NCBI GenBank assembly: GCA_033763315.1
Contig: JANRKS010000031.1
Coordinates: forward strand, 64,001-128,000
Direction of reading: 5' to 3'
Source of the DNA: Deltaproteobacteria bacterium
Lineage (GTDB): Bacteria > Myxococcota_A > Polyangia > Fen-1088
Length of the DNA stretch: 64,000 bases
Shown: piece after piece, positions 40,299-49,661 of the stretch
Layout: the number at the start of each line of letters is the position of its first letter
Numbering within the stretch: position 1 is the stretch's first letter
Position numbers and translations under genes: made by a program
The notes under the pieces: model-generated
What the model saw: only the letters and a program-made list of their open reading frames with translations
What the model was told of the DNA's origin: nothing
Databases searched by the model: none

Positions 40299-41390
40299 AT
40301 GCGGCATTCCTTTCTATTTACGTTTGGGTTCATCGCCAGCTCTTTGAGTTCTCTCGCCGGCTGTTCGCTGAGCGTCGACGGCAGCGCGTATTCGACACCA
40401 GAGCAGGTGCCGTCCACCGGTTTGCGTTTCTTGTTGTTGGGCGGATCCCGCGCGGCGGCCACAGGGAATGAGGCAACATCAGATGTGTTGTGGCTGGCGC
40501 TGGATCCACAAGGGAACCCGCAAAGCGTGACTTCGGCCTTTGGCCTGCCGTCTGGTCGCGTCGAAGGCGTGCTACGCAACGGTGAACAACTGTTGGTATT
40601 GGGTTACAACACCGAAAAGCGGAGCTTCTTGGCCCGCGCTGAAAAGGCCGCGGGAAGCCTCGGTGCGTGGCTTGACGCTCCCGTGGCTGACCCTCCCCGC
40701 ACAAGCTCGGTCACCTTGCTCACGCATACGGCGGTGTTTCGGCTCAGTGGCAGCAGTGAGGTTCACGAAGCGCCGCAGACCGACGTTGCTGTGGCCACGC
40801 TGCAAACATCGCCCTTGGCAATCTCGGCCTGGACAACCTCCCCCACGAAATTGCGCACGCCGCGTTGGTCACCAAGCGCTCTGGAAGCCAATGGTTTCGT
40901 TTACGTTGTGGGGGGGCTAACGACACCCGAAAGCAACCCCACCGCACTGCCTGACGTTGAGTTCAGTAAACTCTCCAATGACAAGACGACGCTCGGTGAG
41001 TTTGTAACCACCAACAGCCTGCCCATGCCCTTGGCGGACGTCACTTTGGCGGCCACGCGAACCTATCTGCTGGCCCTGGGCGGGAAGCGCAAAGGTTTGA
41101 CGACGGAGTCGGTGGATACCATCTATGCGGCTGCCATCGATGCCACCTCTGGCGCCCTTGGCGTCTGGAAAGAGGTGGGGCGCTTGCCGCTGCCCGCGTC
41201 TGGGATTGGCGCGGGAGCAGCCGGCGATCGCTTGGTGCTTGTGGGTGGTAACCTCGAACAAGTTGATCGTTTCTCGCCTGATATTTACGTTGCCCGTGTT
41301 GGTGCAGACGGGATGTTGGGCGCATGGCAAACAAACAAAAGTGTTCAATTGCCAGGCGGCTACCAAGGCCAATTCGTTATTCCCTTTTAA
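40299..41390 (+). CDS. Kelch-like beta-propeller lipoprotein
   Basis: Lipobox SLAGC; FVYVVGG, LLALGG, LVLVGG and LGAW repeats. Confidence 0.75.
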   Translation: MRHSFLFTFGFIASSLSSLAGCSLSVDGSAYSTPEQVPSTGLRFLLLGGSRAAATGNEATSDVLWLALDPQGNPQSVTSAFGLPSGRVEGVLRNGEQLLVLGYNTEKRSFLARAEKAAGSLGAWLDAPVADPPRTSSVTLLTHTAVFRLSGSSEVHEAPQTDVAVATLQTSPLAISAWTTSPTKLRTPRWSPSALEANGFVYVVGGLTTPESNPTALPDVEFSKLSNDKTTLGEFVTTNSLPMPLADVTLAATRTYLLALGGKRKGLTTESVDTIYAAAIDATSGALGVWKEVGRLPLPASGIGAGAAGDRLVLVGGNLEQVDRFSPDIYVARVGADGMLGAWQTNKSVQLPGGYQGQFVIPF

Positions 41391-41405
41391 CCCGCACGCC
41401 ACCCT

Positions 41406-42779
41406 ATGAGTCACGATCCCAGCGTCGAAGAACTGGTAACGGAACGCGCCGAATCGGTTGAGGATGAACCAAGCGCCGCCGCGCAGGGCACGCGCGTGTT
41501 TTTGGTGGTCACTGATGGTGCCGATGCAGGCCGCGCCTATGAGCTGCCCGAAGGCAAAGAGATCACGATTGGGCGCACCAAGGATGCCACCATTTTCGTT
41601 GACGATCCCCGCGTGTCGCGGAAACACGCACGCATAAGCCGTCTTGGCGCGCTGTTGTTGGCTGAAGATCTTGGCAGCCGCAATGGCATTCGGGTGAACA
41701 ATGACGTCGTCGCCGGCGCTCAACGGCTGTTGCACGCAGGCGATCTCATTCGCGTGGGTTCGGCGCAACTGTCATTGGCGATCGTGGCGGCGGCGGGAGC
41801 GCCTCAGAAAGCCCTTGCGAAGACGCCCGGACCGCTGGCCCCCCCGGAGGGCTTGATTGTGGCCGATCCCGATATGAGGCGTGTGTTTCAGATCGTGCAG
41901 CGTCTCGGGCGCACCAACACAACGGTTTTGATTTTGGGCGAAACGGGCGTAGGCAAAGAAGTGGTGGCCGAACAGATCCACCGAGCCAGCGTTGCTTCGG
42001 GTGGCCCTTTCGTGCGGCTCAATTGTGCGTCGCTGCCCGAAAGTCTGTTAGAGGCAGAGCTGTTCGGGCACGAGCGCGGCGCTTTCACAGGGGCGGATCA
42101 GCGAAAGGTGGGTTACATCGAGGCGGCGAATGGCGGTACGCTTTTTCTTGATGAGGTGGCGGAGATGTCGCGCACCACGCAAGCCAAGTTGCTCCTCACA
42201 TTAGAGAATCGAACGATCGTGCGCCTGGGCGCAACCAAAGAGTTGCCTGTCAGTGTGCGGTTTGTGAGCGCCACCAACCGCGATTTGCGTAAAGACGTGG
42301 AGCAAGGACGTTTCAGGGAGGATCTCTACTATCGCCTTTCGGCTTTCACGTTGCAGATCCCACCGCTGCGCAAGCGGCCCACGGAAATCGCGTTGCTCGC
42401 GGATCTGTTCATTCGTGATTTCGCGGCACGCATGTCCGAGCCGCCCGCCCGCCTCACACCGGCGGCGGTGGCGGCGTTGCGCCAGTATGCGTGGCCGGGG
42501 AATGTGCGCGAGCTGCGCAACGCCATGGAGCATGCACTCGTGCTTGCCGAGGACGGCGTGATTGATGTGCCTCACCTGCCCATCCGCGACAACACCAGCA
42601 TGGCGGCGCCGGCGGCCAGCCTGCGAGACGATGTAGAAGACGCCGAAAAGCGGTCGATCGTCGAAGCGTTGGCTGCATGCGAAGGGCATCGTGCTCGGGC
42701 CGCACAGTTGCTGGGCATTTCCCGGCGCGCTCTCATGTACAAGCTTGCCAAATACGGTTTGTCGAAGGGCAACGGGTGA
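41406..42779 (+). CDS. FHA-domain sigma54-dependent transcriptional activator (bEBP)
   Basis: FHA motif IGR..VSRKHARI..DLGSRNG; GETGVGKE; ELFGHERGAFTGA; FLDEVAE; WPGNVREL; Fis-type HTH. Confidence 0.95.
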   Translation: MSHDPSVEELVTERAESVEDEPSAAAQGTRVFLVVTDGADAGRAYELPEGKEITIGRTKDATIFVDDPRVSRKHARISRLGALLLAEDLGSRNGIRVNNDVVAGAQRLLHAGDLIRVGSAQLSLAIVAAAGAPQKALAKTPGPLAPPEGLIVADPDMRRVFQIVQRLGRTNTTVLILGETGVGKEVVAEQIHRASVASGGPFVRLNCASLPESLLEAELFGHERGAFTGADQRKVGYIEAANGGTLFLDEVAEMSRTTQAKLLLTLENRTIVRLGATKELPVSVRFVSATNRDLRKDVEQGRFREDLYYRLSAFTLQIPPLRKRPTEIALLADLFIRDFAARMSEPPARLTPAAVAALRQYAWPGNVRELRNAMEHALVLAEDGVIDVPHLPIRDNTSMAAPAASLRDDVEDAEKRSIVEALAACEGHRARAAQLLGISRRALMYKLAKYGLSKGNG

Positions 42780-44269
42780 CCACCACCGCGACCCCAAACA
42801 GTAACGACGCTGCCCGCGTGTTGGGGCGGTATGTGTTGCACAGCGAGATCGCGTCCGGCGGCATGGCCACGGTGCATTTTGGTCGGCTCATCGGGCCTGT
42901 GGGCTTCTCGCGGACGGTGGCGATCAAGCGCATGCATCCGCACCTGGCGCGCGATCCAGAACTGGTGGCTGCATTCTTGGATGAGGCCCGGCTCGCGGCG
43001 CGCATCAACCATCCCAACGTTGTGCAAACCCTAGATGTGGTGGCTACGGACGGTGAACTGTTTTTGGTGATGGATTATGTGCAGGGCGAATCTTTGTCAC
43101 GTTTGATGAAGCAGGCCCACGTCAGCGCCGCGTGGCCGCAGCTACGCATCACAAGTGCGATCATGATTGGCGCTTTGGCGGGCCTTCATGCCGCGCACGA
43201 GGCAAAAAGCGATCGCGGCGAGCGGCTGGGATTGGTTCACCGAGATGTGTCGCCGCAGAACATTCTTGTGGGTGCCGATGGCGTGCCGCGTGTGTTGGAC
43301 TTCGGTGTAGCGAAGGCCGCCGGGCGCGTGCAGCAAACGCGTGAGGGGGAGCTCAAGGGCAAGCTCCCCTACATGGCGCCGGAGCAGATCCGCGGCGAAC
43401 GGGTCGATCGGCGTACTGATGTGTTTGCCGCGGCGGTGGTGCTTTGGGAAGCGCTCACGGGGCAGCCTCTGTTTCGATCGTCGGAGCCAGGCGCTGCGTC
43501 CTACCTTGTGCTCACCAAAGAGCCCGAAGCACCCAGCCGACTCATGCCGCATCTGTCGGCGCAGCTCGACGCCGTGGTGTTGCGCGGTTTGGCCAAGGAG
43601 CGTGAGCGCCGTTTTCCCACCGCGCTTGAAATGGCGATGGCTTTAGAAGCCGCCGTCCCACCCGCCACGGCCATGGAGACGGGCGCGTGGGTACGGCATG
43701 TGGCCGGCCACGCGTTGGCCCACCGGGCAAGACTTGTGGCTGAGATCGAAAGCGGTGGCGCCACGCCTTTTGCCAGCGGTGAACCGGCGGCTGAAGGCAC
43801 AGAAGCCGTTACGCAAACCGAGGCGTCGGTGGCGACGATCGAAGCTTCGTCCTCGCTCTCAAGCGCCCCGGCACCCTTAAAAACAAGGCGCACGATTCAA
43901 GTCGCACTCGTCGCTGGCCTGGCGGCGTGTGTGGCCTTGCTGTTGTGGGCGGTGGTGCCGCGCTCATCAACGAGTGTTTCGCGCAACGTCGCTCCGGACC
44001 TGCAGAAAGAAGAGCCGGCCTCAACGCGCGCACCGGATCTTGCTTTACCTTCTGCGCCGCCACCACGCGAGGCACCACAGCCGCGGCCGGTAGAAGCGGC
44101 GGCAACGCCGAAACCCCGGCGTGCCACAAGGATCCCACCTCGACGTGCGGAGCTCCCTGCGCCCGTTGTGTCACCTGCCGCGCCACCTTTGAAAACCGTC
44201 AATTGTGAAAACCCCTTCGTGGTGGACAGCGACGGCACCAAACGCCCGCGACCGGAGTGCTTTCGATGA
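42776..44269 (+). CDS. Membrane Ser/Thr protein kinase
   Basis: GTGA overlap; ASGGMATV; VAIK; HRDVSPQN; DFGVAK; GKLPYMAPEQ; TM helix and Pro-rich tail ending CENPF..RPECF. Confidence 0.93.
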   Translation: MTTTATPNSNDAARVLGRYVLHSEIASGGMATVHFGRLIGPVGFSRTVAIKRMHPHLARDPELVAAFLDEARLAARINHPNVVQTLDVVATDGELFLVMDYVQGESLSRLMKQAHVSAAWPQLRITSAIMIGALAGLHAAHEAKSDRGERLGLVHRDVSPQNILVGADGVPRVLDFGVAKAAGRVQQTREGELKGKLPYMAPEQIRGERVDRRTDVFAAAVVLWEALTGQPLFRSSEPGAASYLVLTKEPEAPSRLMPHLSAQLDAVVLRGLAKERERRFPTALEMAMALEAAVPPATAMETGAWVRHVAGHALAHRARLVAEIESGGATPFASGEPAAEGTEAVTQTEASVATIEASSSLSSAPAPLKTRRTIQVALVAGLAACVALLLWAVVPRSSTSVSRNVAPDLQKEEPASTRAPDLALPSAPPPREAPQPRPVEAAATPKPRRATRIPPRRAELPAPVVSPAAPPLKTVNCENPFVVDSDGTKRPRPECFR

Positions 44270-45057
44270 AGCGGCTGGCGTTCCTGGTGACCGTGGCTTA
44301 CGGTGTGGGGCTCACCGCGCGTGCACACGCACAAGACAAGGCGCGCGGCTGCATAGAGAACTACGAGACCGCGCAAGTGGCCCGCAAGCAGCGGCAGCTG
44401 GACCAGGCGCGCGCAGCGGCGATTGCCTGCGCCGCGCCCGAGTGTCCCACCGCCTTGGCGCGTGAGTGTGCAGGATGGATTGGCGAAATTGAGCAGACGC
44501 AACCGTCGGTTGTGATCGTGGCCGTGTCCGCAGGCCACGAGGTCACGGACGTTCACGTTTGGATTGATGACAAACTTGTCACGCAGCAATTAAACGGCAA
44601 CGCCATCGCAGTGGACCCAGGCCGTCGGCGTTTCGTGTTCGAGCGTGGCACGCAGAAACGACAGGTCGAGCTCGTGATTCGCGAAGGCGAAAAGAACCGG
44701 AAGCTGGAAGTGGATCTGGGTGCGGGCGTGCGGCGCATGCCGCTGGCCGGATGGGTTTTTGGCGGCGTCGCTTTGGCTGCCGGTGGCGCGGGTGCCTATT
44801 TTGAATGGCAAGGGCACAAAGCCCGCAACGCGCTCGATGACGCTGGTTGCGCGCCCAGGTGTGATGGCAAACAAGTGGATCACATGCTTAAGCAGTTTCA
44901 AAGAGGCGACATTCTTCTGGTGGGCGCCGGGGTCTCTGCCGTCGCCGCGCTGGTTTTGTATTTTACCGCCCCCGTTCCTGCACCTATCCCACGTCTGTCG
45001 TTGAACGCCACCACAGTGCCCGGTGGTGGCGCCTTCTGGCTGCAAGGAACGTTCTAA
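44266..45057 (+). CDS. Secreted kinase-associated protein (helical/TPR-like + PEGA-like), myxobacterial type
   Basis: ATGA overlap; signal peptide; CAAPECP..ECAGW; VDPGRRRF; C-terminal hydrophobic hairpin ending GTF. Confidence 0.7.
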   Translation: MKRLAFLVTVAYGVGLTARAHAQDKARGCIENYETAQVARKQRQLDQARAAAIACAAPECPTALARECAGWIGEIEQTQPSVVIVAVSAGHEVTDVHVWIDDKLVTQQLNGNAIAVDPGRRRFVFERGTQKRQVELVIREGEKNRKLEVDLGAGVRRMPLAGWVFGGVALAAGGAGAYFEWQGHKARNALDDAGCAPRCDGKQVDHMLKQFQRGDILLVGAGVSAVAALVLYFTAPVPAPIPRLSLNATTVPGGGAFWLQGTF

Positions 45058-46319
45058 GGCAAGGCCTCTGCGTCACCTAGTTTCACAAGCGTTGGATCAG
45101 CGCTGAACGCGTATTCGGCCTTGATCCAAGCGTCCGAACGAGCGCGGGTTTGCAGGCGGACCTCATCGATCGCGCCGTGGAAATAATAGCAACAACCGTT
45201 GGCGTTGCTGCCGATCGAAGAGCTTTCTGCAACGAGGTCAGAATCGAACGCGGGCGCACCGTACTTCACGTCCTTCAGTGTGTCGGTCAGCACGCCGTTG
45301 CGGTAGAACTTGGCCACGCGGGCCGCCAAATCGCTCACCACCGCCACGTGTGTCCATTCGCCGACGTCAACGTCCATCGCCTCGTTGGCCACCGCCTCGC
45401 TGTCATACTGCCCAAGCTCGGTGTTGGGTATGGCGCGCGATTTGATGGCACCGCCGCGCGGGCCCCACCCCACCACGAGTTCAAGCGCGGGGTGCCCCGT
45501 GTTGCCGTCTTTGCGGCGATCCTGTCCGATCGCCAACAACCCCATATTGCCGCGCGCGTCGGTCAGTTTGATCCAGCTCGACACCGTGGTTGAAGCGACA
45601 CCCGACAACACCCTCATCTTCTCGGGTAGGCTAAATTGTTGCTGTTTGTCAGCATCTAACTGCAAACCCCTTCCGATCTTGCTGTCGCTATATGTGCCCG
45701 TAACCGTCGTTGCGTCTGCCTTCTGAGCCGACGAATCTTGCGGTCCAAAAAGGTGCCACACACCGGCGAAGGTTGCGTCCCACGTCTGCGCTTGCGCCTC
45801 ACGCGACGCCACCGTTGCTTCAGGGTTGCCGAAGTACATCCACAACTTCAGGACGGATCCGTGTGCGGGTATTTCAGGAGCTTTGACCCAAAACAGGAAG
45901 TCCTTGCTTGAATCTTCACGTTCAGCAGCCAGGAGATTTCCTTGCTCGCTCACGAAGCGCATGTCAGCCGCATCTTCACGCAGCTTGCTGCCAAACTTTG
46001 CCTTGGGCACCCGCACCAACAAAGGAAAATCCGCGAGCGAAGCATTTTGCGGCGGCGACACCTCCACGAGAGCACGAAATTTCCATTCTGGCTTCCACCA
46101 GCCACCCGCGTTTTCGGATGGCCGCGTGGATCCATCTTGGCTCTGAGCGCCTGTGTCGGGCGCCGCGGCCGCGTCTTTGGCCACATTGGCGTCTTCATCG
46201 TCGCTGCTGCCATCGCCACCTTGCCCGGCTGTGGCGCCGTTGTCCGAGTCATTCATCGCGGCAGGCGTGGCGGAGCATGTAAAACACGCCGCCACCGCGC
46301 ACAAAGCGAAGCTTCGCAT
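45054..46319 (-). CDS. DUF2341 + LamG/concanavalin-like secreted protein
   Basis: WWKPEWKFR..DFPLLV..DMRF..WVKAPEI..YFGNP; GEWTHVAV..YRNG..FHGAIDEVRL. Confidence 0.85.
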   Translation of the reverse strand: MRSFALCAVAACFTCSATPAAMNDSDNGATAGQGGDGSSDDEDANVAKDAAAAPDTGAQSQDGSTRPSENAGGWWKPEWKFRALVEVSPPQNASLADFPLLVRVPKAKFGSKLREDAADMRFVSEQGNLLAAEREDSSKDFLFWVKAPEIPAHGSVLKLWMYFGNPEATVASREAQAQTWDATFAGVWHLFGPQDSSAQKADATTVTGTYSDSKIGRGLQLDADKQQQFSLPEKMRVLSGVASTTVSSWIKLTDARGNMGLLAIGQDRRKDGNTGHPALELVVGWGPRGGAIKSRAIPNTELGQYDSEAVANEAMDVDVGEWTHVAVVSDLAARVAKFYRNGVLTDTLKDVKYGAPAFDSDLVAESSSIGSNANGCCYYFHGAIDEVRLQTRARSDAWIKAEYAFSADPTLVKLGDAEALP

Positions 46320-46320
46320 G

Positions 46321-47757
46321 TTAAGCCAGAAGCTCTTGGTTCATGCCACCGTTCATGTAATCAGGATCGCCGAAGCTCTTGAGGTCTAGGCCCATGCTCT
46401 TGGCCACGGTCACAAACAGATCGCCAAAGTTTTTGCCGATGTTGAATGGGTAATTGCTTTTGTTGGGATCGCGCTTGAACCTGACGTAACGGCCGCTTTT
46501 GATTTGCTTGTTGTGGTTGCCGAGCAGAACCGTGGGAATGTTGCCGTTGCAGTGCGCGTTGCCTTTTGACAGACCGTTGACCCACAACACCAAGGTGTTG
46601 TCGAGCGCCGTTCCGTCACCCTCCTTGATCGCATCAAGCCGCTGCACGAGATACGCCACCTGTTCGGCGTGCCACTTGCCGATCTTCACCATGCGTTCCA
46701 GATTCACCAGATCCGAATCATCGCCATGGCCGATTTCCGTGTGGTGCGGTTGCGTGATCCCCAGCCACGGATGCGTCAAGTTATTGCCTTCGTGACCAAT
46801 CTGCAAAGTGATCACGCGGCTTAGATCACAGGCCACCGCCATCGCGATTTGATCGATTTGCGCTTTGCAGATGACTGGTAAAGCCGCGTCCTGCTCTAGG
46901 TCCACCGCACCCACCTCAGGGGTCCCGCATTGCAATGAAGCCACGGGTGTCACGTTGTTGGGCAGATCTGTAAACTGCTTTTCAACGGCAGCAAGTGAAT
47001 CAAGGTGATGGTCAAACTTTTGTTGATCCCAGCTGCCCAGACGCGAACGGATCGCCTTCATCTGTTCCATGGCGCCGTTGAGTATGGAGCGCCGCCGTGC
47101 TCTCAACGTGGCGGCGGTGTCGGGGCCCGGTGTTGGCAGCGGCTTCGAGGTGCTTGCATTGCCGAAAAGGCGAGTGAACATCTTGCGCGGATCATTCTCG
47201 GCCGCCAAGCGGCGGTTCGGTGCACTCCACGAAAGCGTCCCGTAATTGATCTCTTGGTCGCCATTCAGCGCGCCGAACTGTAGCGAGGGGAACTTGGTTT
47301 GTGAGCCAATTTTTCCGGCCAAATATTGGTCGAAGCTTTGCCCATGGGAGCCTTCGTTTTCTGCCGGATCCATGTTGGTAAGCAACGAGCCATACCAAGA
47401 ATGCCCGCCCTTGCCCGAGCAGTTGTCGATGCCCTCCAGCACAAGCATCCTCTGCTTGAAATCCGCAAGCGGCATAAGAATGGGTGAAAGGGTGTGTTGG
47501 TTCGTATCGATGAATGAGTCACCAGAAGAATATTGGTCTGTGGCCTTGTAGTCAGCGGGAAATGTTTTTCCGCCGGGAGGCGTTGGCCAAAAACGCTCTG
47601 GGAACGTGCCGTTGCCAACCGCCACCACAATGAAACGCAGCGGCGCTGTGGCGGCCCACCCGGCGCGCGGTTGCATGGCCTCCAGTAAGGGCAGCGCGAT
47701 GGCTGAACCGGCGGCGCCGCGCAAAACAGTTCGTCTTGAAATTGTTTTAGACGTCAT
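46321..47757 (-). CDS. DUF1552 family protein, Tat-exported (copy B)
   Basis: ISRRTVLRG; SFDQYLA; FDHHLDSL; ACDLSRVITL; HHTEIGH; EGDGTALDNT. Confidence 0.9.
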   Translation of the reverse strand: MTSKTISRRTVLRGAAGSAIALPLLEAMQPRAGWAATAPLRFIVVAVGNGTFPERFWPTPPGGKTFPADYKATDQYSSGDSFIDTNQHTLSPILMPLADFKQRMLVLEGIDNCSGKGGHSWYGSLLTNMDPAENEGSHGQSFDQYLAGKIGSQTKFPSLQFGALNGDQEINYGTLSWSAPNRRLAAENDPRKMFTRLFGNASTSKPLPTPGPDTAATLRARRRSILNGAMEQMKAIRSRLGSWDQQKFDHHLDSLAAVEKQFTDLPNNVTPVASLQCGTPEVGAVDLEQDAALPVICKAQIDQIAMAVACDLSRVITLQIGHEGNNLTHPWLGITQPHHTEIGHGDDSDLVNLERMVKIGKWHAEQVAYLVQRLDAIKEGDGTALDNTLVLWVNGLSKGNAHCNGNIPTVLLGNHNKQIKSGRYVRFKRDPNKSNYPFNIGKNFGDLFVTVAKSMGLDLKSFGDPDYMNGGMNQELLA

Positions 47758-47773
47758 GTGCCTGTTGCTTTCC

Positions 47774-49474
47774 TTAAAGGTCTTGTTGCGGAGCCAAAGT
47801 CATGAACGCGTCTGTTTGCGTAAGTGCCACCAACAATTGGGGCCACACACCTGCGCCCCCGTTCAAAGTGCCAGCAAGGTTTGCAATCGTCTTGGCATCG
47901 GCCTCGGTTTCACCGCGCCCCAGGGCGTATCGCAACCAGTGCTTGGCCACACACGCACGCACGTCTGCACTTTGCGCCAGCGATTGCATGAACGGCCGAA
48001 CCCCATCGAACTCGCCCGTGACCGGTCCTTCTTCAATCTTCGTCGTCGCATCAACCGGTTTTCCTGCGTCTTGCGTGCGAATGCGTCCGACGGCGTCGAA
48101 ACCCTCGAAGGCAAAACCAAGCGGGTCCATCAATTTGTGACAACCGGAACAACTGGGGTCGTTTGTGTGGGCCGCCATGCGCTCGCGGGTGCTGCGGGTT
48201 GTGCTGACAGGCACAGGCGTGTTGTTCACCGCCGGTGGGGGCGGCGGCACCGTGCCGCACAGGATTCGTTCAAGCACAAACTTGCCACGCAAAGTGGGCG
48301 AGGTTTGGTTGTTGTGAGCCGCGAAGGTGAGCCACGCGCCACGGGTCAGGATTCCCGGGCGGCTCATGGTCAAATCGACGGCAGCGAACTCATCGGTCGT
48401 GACGGCTTGCTTCAGATCGTAAAAGGTGGCCAACGTCGCATCCGCGAAGGATGTGCTGCTGAGAAACAGGTCCTGGAACGTAGAATCGCCATTTGAGAAC
48501 AAAGACTGCACAAACAGGTCTGACTCGCGCTTCATTCGTTCTGCGATGTTGGGTGAAAATGTCGAGAACGTCTTGGTGTCTTTGGTGACTTGCGGGCTCA
48601 ACGAGCCGTAGCGCAGCCATTGACCGTGAAAATTGCGGACCATATCCATGGTGCGTTTGTCCTTCACCATGCGGTTCGCCTGCGCCTGCACCTGGGCCGC
48701 CGTCTTCAATTGGTCTTGGGCCGCGGCCTTGAGCAGCTCATCGTCGGGCGTGGTTCCCCACAGGAAGAACGACAACCGTGACGCCATCTCGTAGCTTGTC
48801 GGCCTCCGTTTGCCGTCGCTTGTGGCTTCACCAACCTCGATGCGGTAGAGGAAGGGGGCTGAGATCAACATTGTTGTGAGCACGGCTTCCATGCCGCTGT
48901 CAAACGCGGCTCCGTCACGCGCGCGTTCGTCTTTGTAGATTGTGACGAGGCGTGTTTCGTCTGCCGTGGTCACCGGCGAACGCCAAAGCTTCGCGCCGAA
49001 GCTCTGCACGAACGTACGCACGCACGCTTCGTCCTTCTGAGCCGCAAGACAGCTCACCTGCGCCGCGAGCTTCGGCAGGGCGGCCTTGGCCAGCGTCTCC
49101 GCCGCGTAAAGGTATTGCTCAGCCAACAGGGGCGGCACGGTCAAAGCCGCCGCGTTGTTGGAAAAGCCAAGCGCCGATTCTTCCGCCGTGAAGCGCAGCG
49201 CCGGATTTGACGTGTCGCCAAGCAGGTCACGAACCACGTTGTTGTACTCGAACTTGTTGAGCCTACGAATCACGGCTGCGCTCAACTGCGACTCAACATG
49301 GCCTTGTTCTGGCGCGTTGCCCCCCTTGCCCGCGCTGCCCAAGCCAACTGTGCCGCCGGCTCCCCCCGTCTCGTCGGGAGGTTTGTTGCCGCTCGGCACC
49401 ACGGCCCCGGTGCACGCGGAAAACAGCAAGAGGCCCCCAAACAAACCCTTCTGAACAACGCTTTTGGTGAGCAC
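47774..49474 (-). CDS. DUF1592-type (PSD/PSCyt3) heme-c lipoprotein (copy B)
   Basis: Lipobox LFSAC; IRRLNKFEYNNVVRDLL; YEMASRLSFFLW; SPTLRGKFV..LC; CSGCH..DPLGFAFEGFD. Start set at GTG 49474. Confidence 0.9.
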   Translation of the reverse strand: MLTKSVVQKGLFGGLLLFSACTGAVVPSGNKPPDETGGAGGTVGLGSAGKGGNAPEQGHVESQLSAAVIRRLNKFEYNNVVRDLLGDTSNPALRFTAEESALGFSNNAAALTVPPLLAEQYLYAAETLAKAALPKLAAQVSCLAAQKDEACVRTFVQSFGAKLWRSPVTTADETRLVTIYKDERARDGAAFDSGMEAVLTTMLISAPFLYRIEVGEATSDGKRRPTSYEMASRLSFFLWGTTPDDELLKAAAQDQLKTAAQVQAQANRMVKDKRTMDMVRNFHGQWLRYGSLSPQVTKDTKTFSTFSPNIAERMKRESDLFVQSLFSNGDSTFQDLFLSSTSFADATLATFYDLKQAVTTDEFAAVDLTMSRPGILTRGAWLTFAAHNNQTSPTLRGKFVLERILCGTVPPPPPAVNNTPVPVSTTRSTRERMAAHTNDPSCSGCHKLMDPLGFAFEGFDAVGRIRTQDAGKPVDATTKIEEGPVTGEFDGVRPFMQSLAQSADVRACVAKHWLRYALGRGETEADAKTIANLAGTLNGGAGVWPQLLVALTQTDAFMTLAPQQDL

Positions 49475-49487
49475 GTCGATGGCAGGT

Positions 49488-49503
49488 TGCAAATGCCATT
49501 CCG
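49488..49503 (-). promoter_or_regulatory. Putative sigma54 -24/-12 promoter for operon B
   Basis: Minus strand CGGAATGGCATTTGCA (GG-N10-GC); the conserved C lies 15 nt before GTG 49474. Confidence 0.5.
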
Positions 49504-49564
49504 CGCGCCGAACGGCATCTTTGCAGGGGTTCAACGACGTGGCGGATGCATAACGACCAAAGTT

Positions 49565-49593
49565 TGCACCGGTGCAGTGCAAGACTTTGCACT
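49565..49593. promoter_or_regulatory. Tandem palindromes, putative activator (UAS) sites between the divergent promoters
   Basis: TGCACCGGTGCA (49565-49576) and AGTGCAA-GACT-TTGCACT (49576-49593). Confidence 0.5.
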
Positions 49594-49632
49594 TTCAACG
49601 GGAAAGGGCAAGCGGATCGTGCCCTTGTGTCC

Positions 49633-49648
49633 TGGCATAGCAACTGCA
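49633..49648 (+). promoter_or_regulatory. Putative sigma54 -24/-12 promoter for operon C
   Basis: TGGCATAGCAACTGCA (GG-N10-GC); the conserved C lies 15 nt before GTG 49662. Confidence 0.62.
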
Positions 49649-49661
49649 CTAAAGCCTTGAC

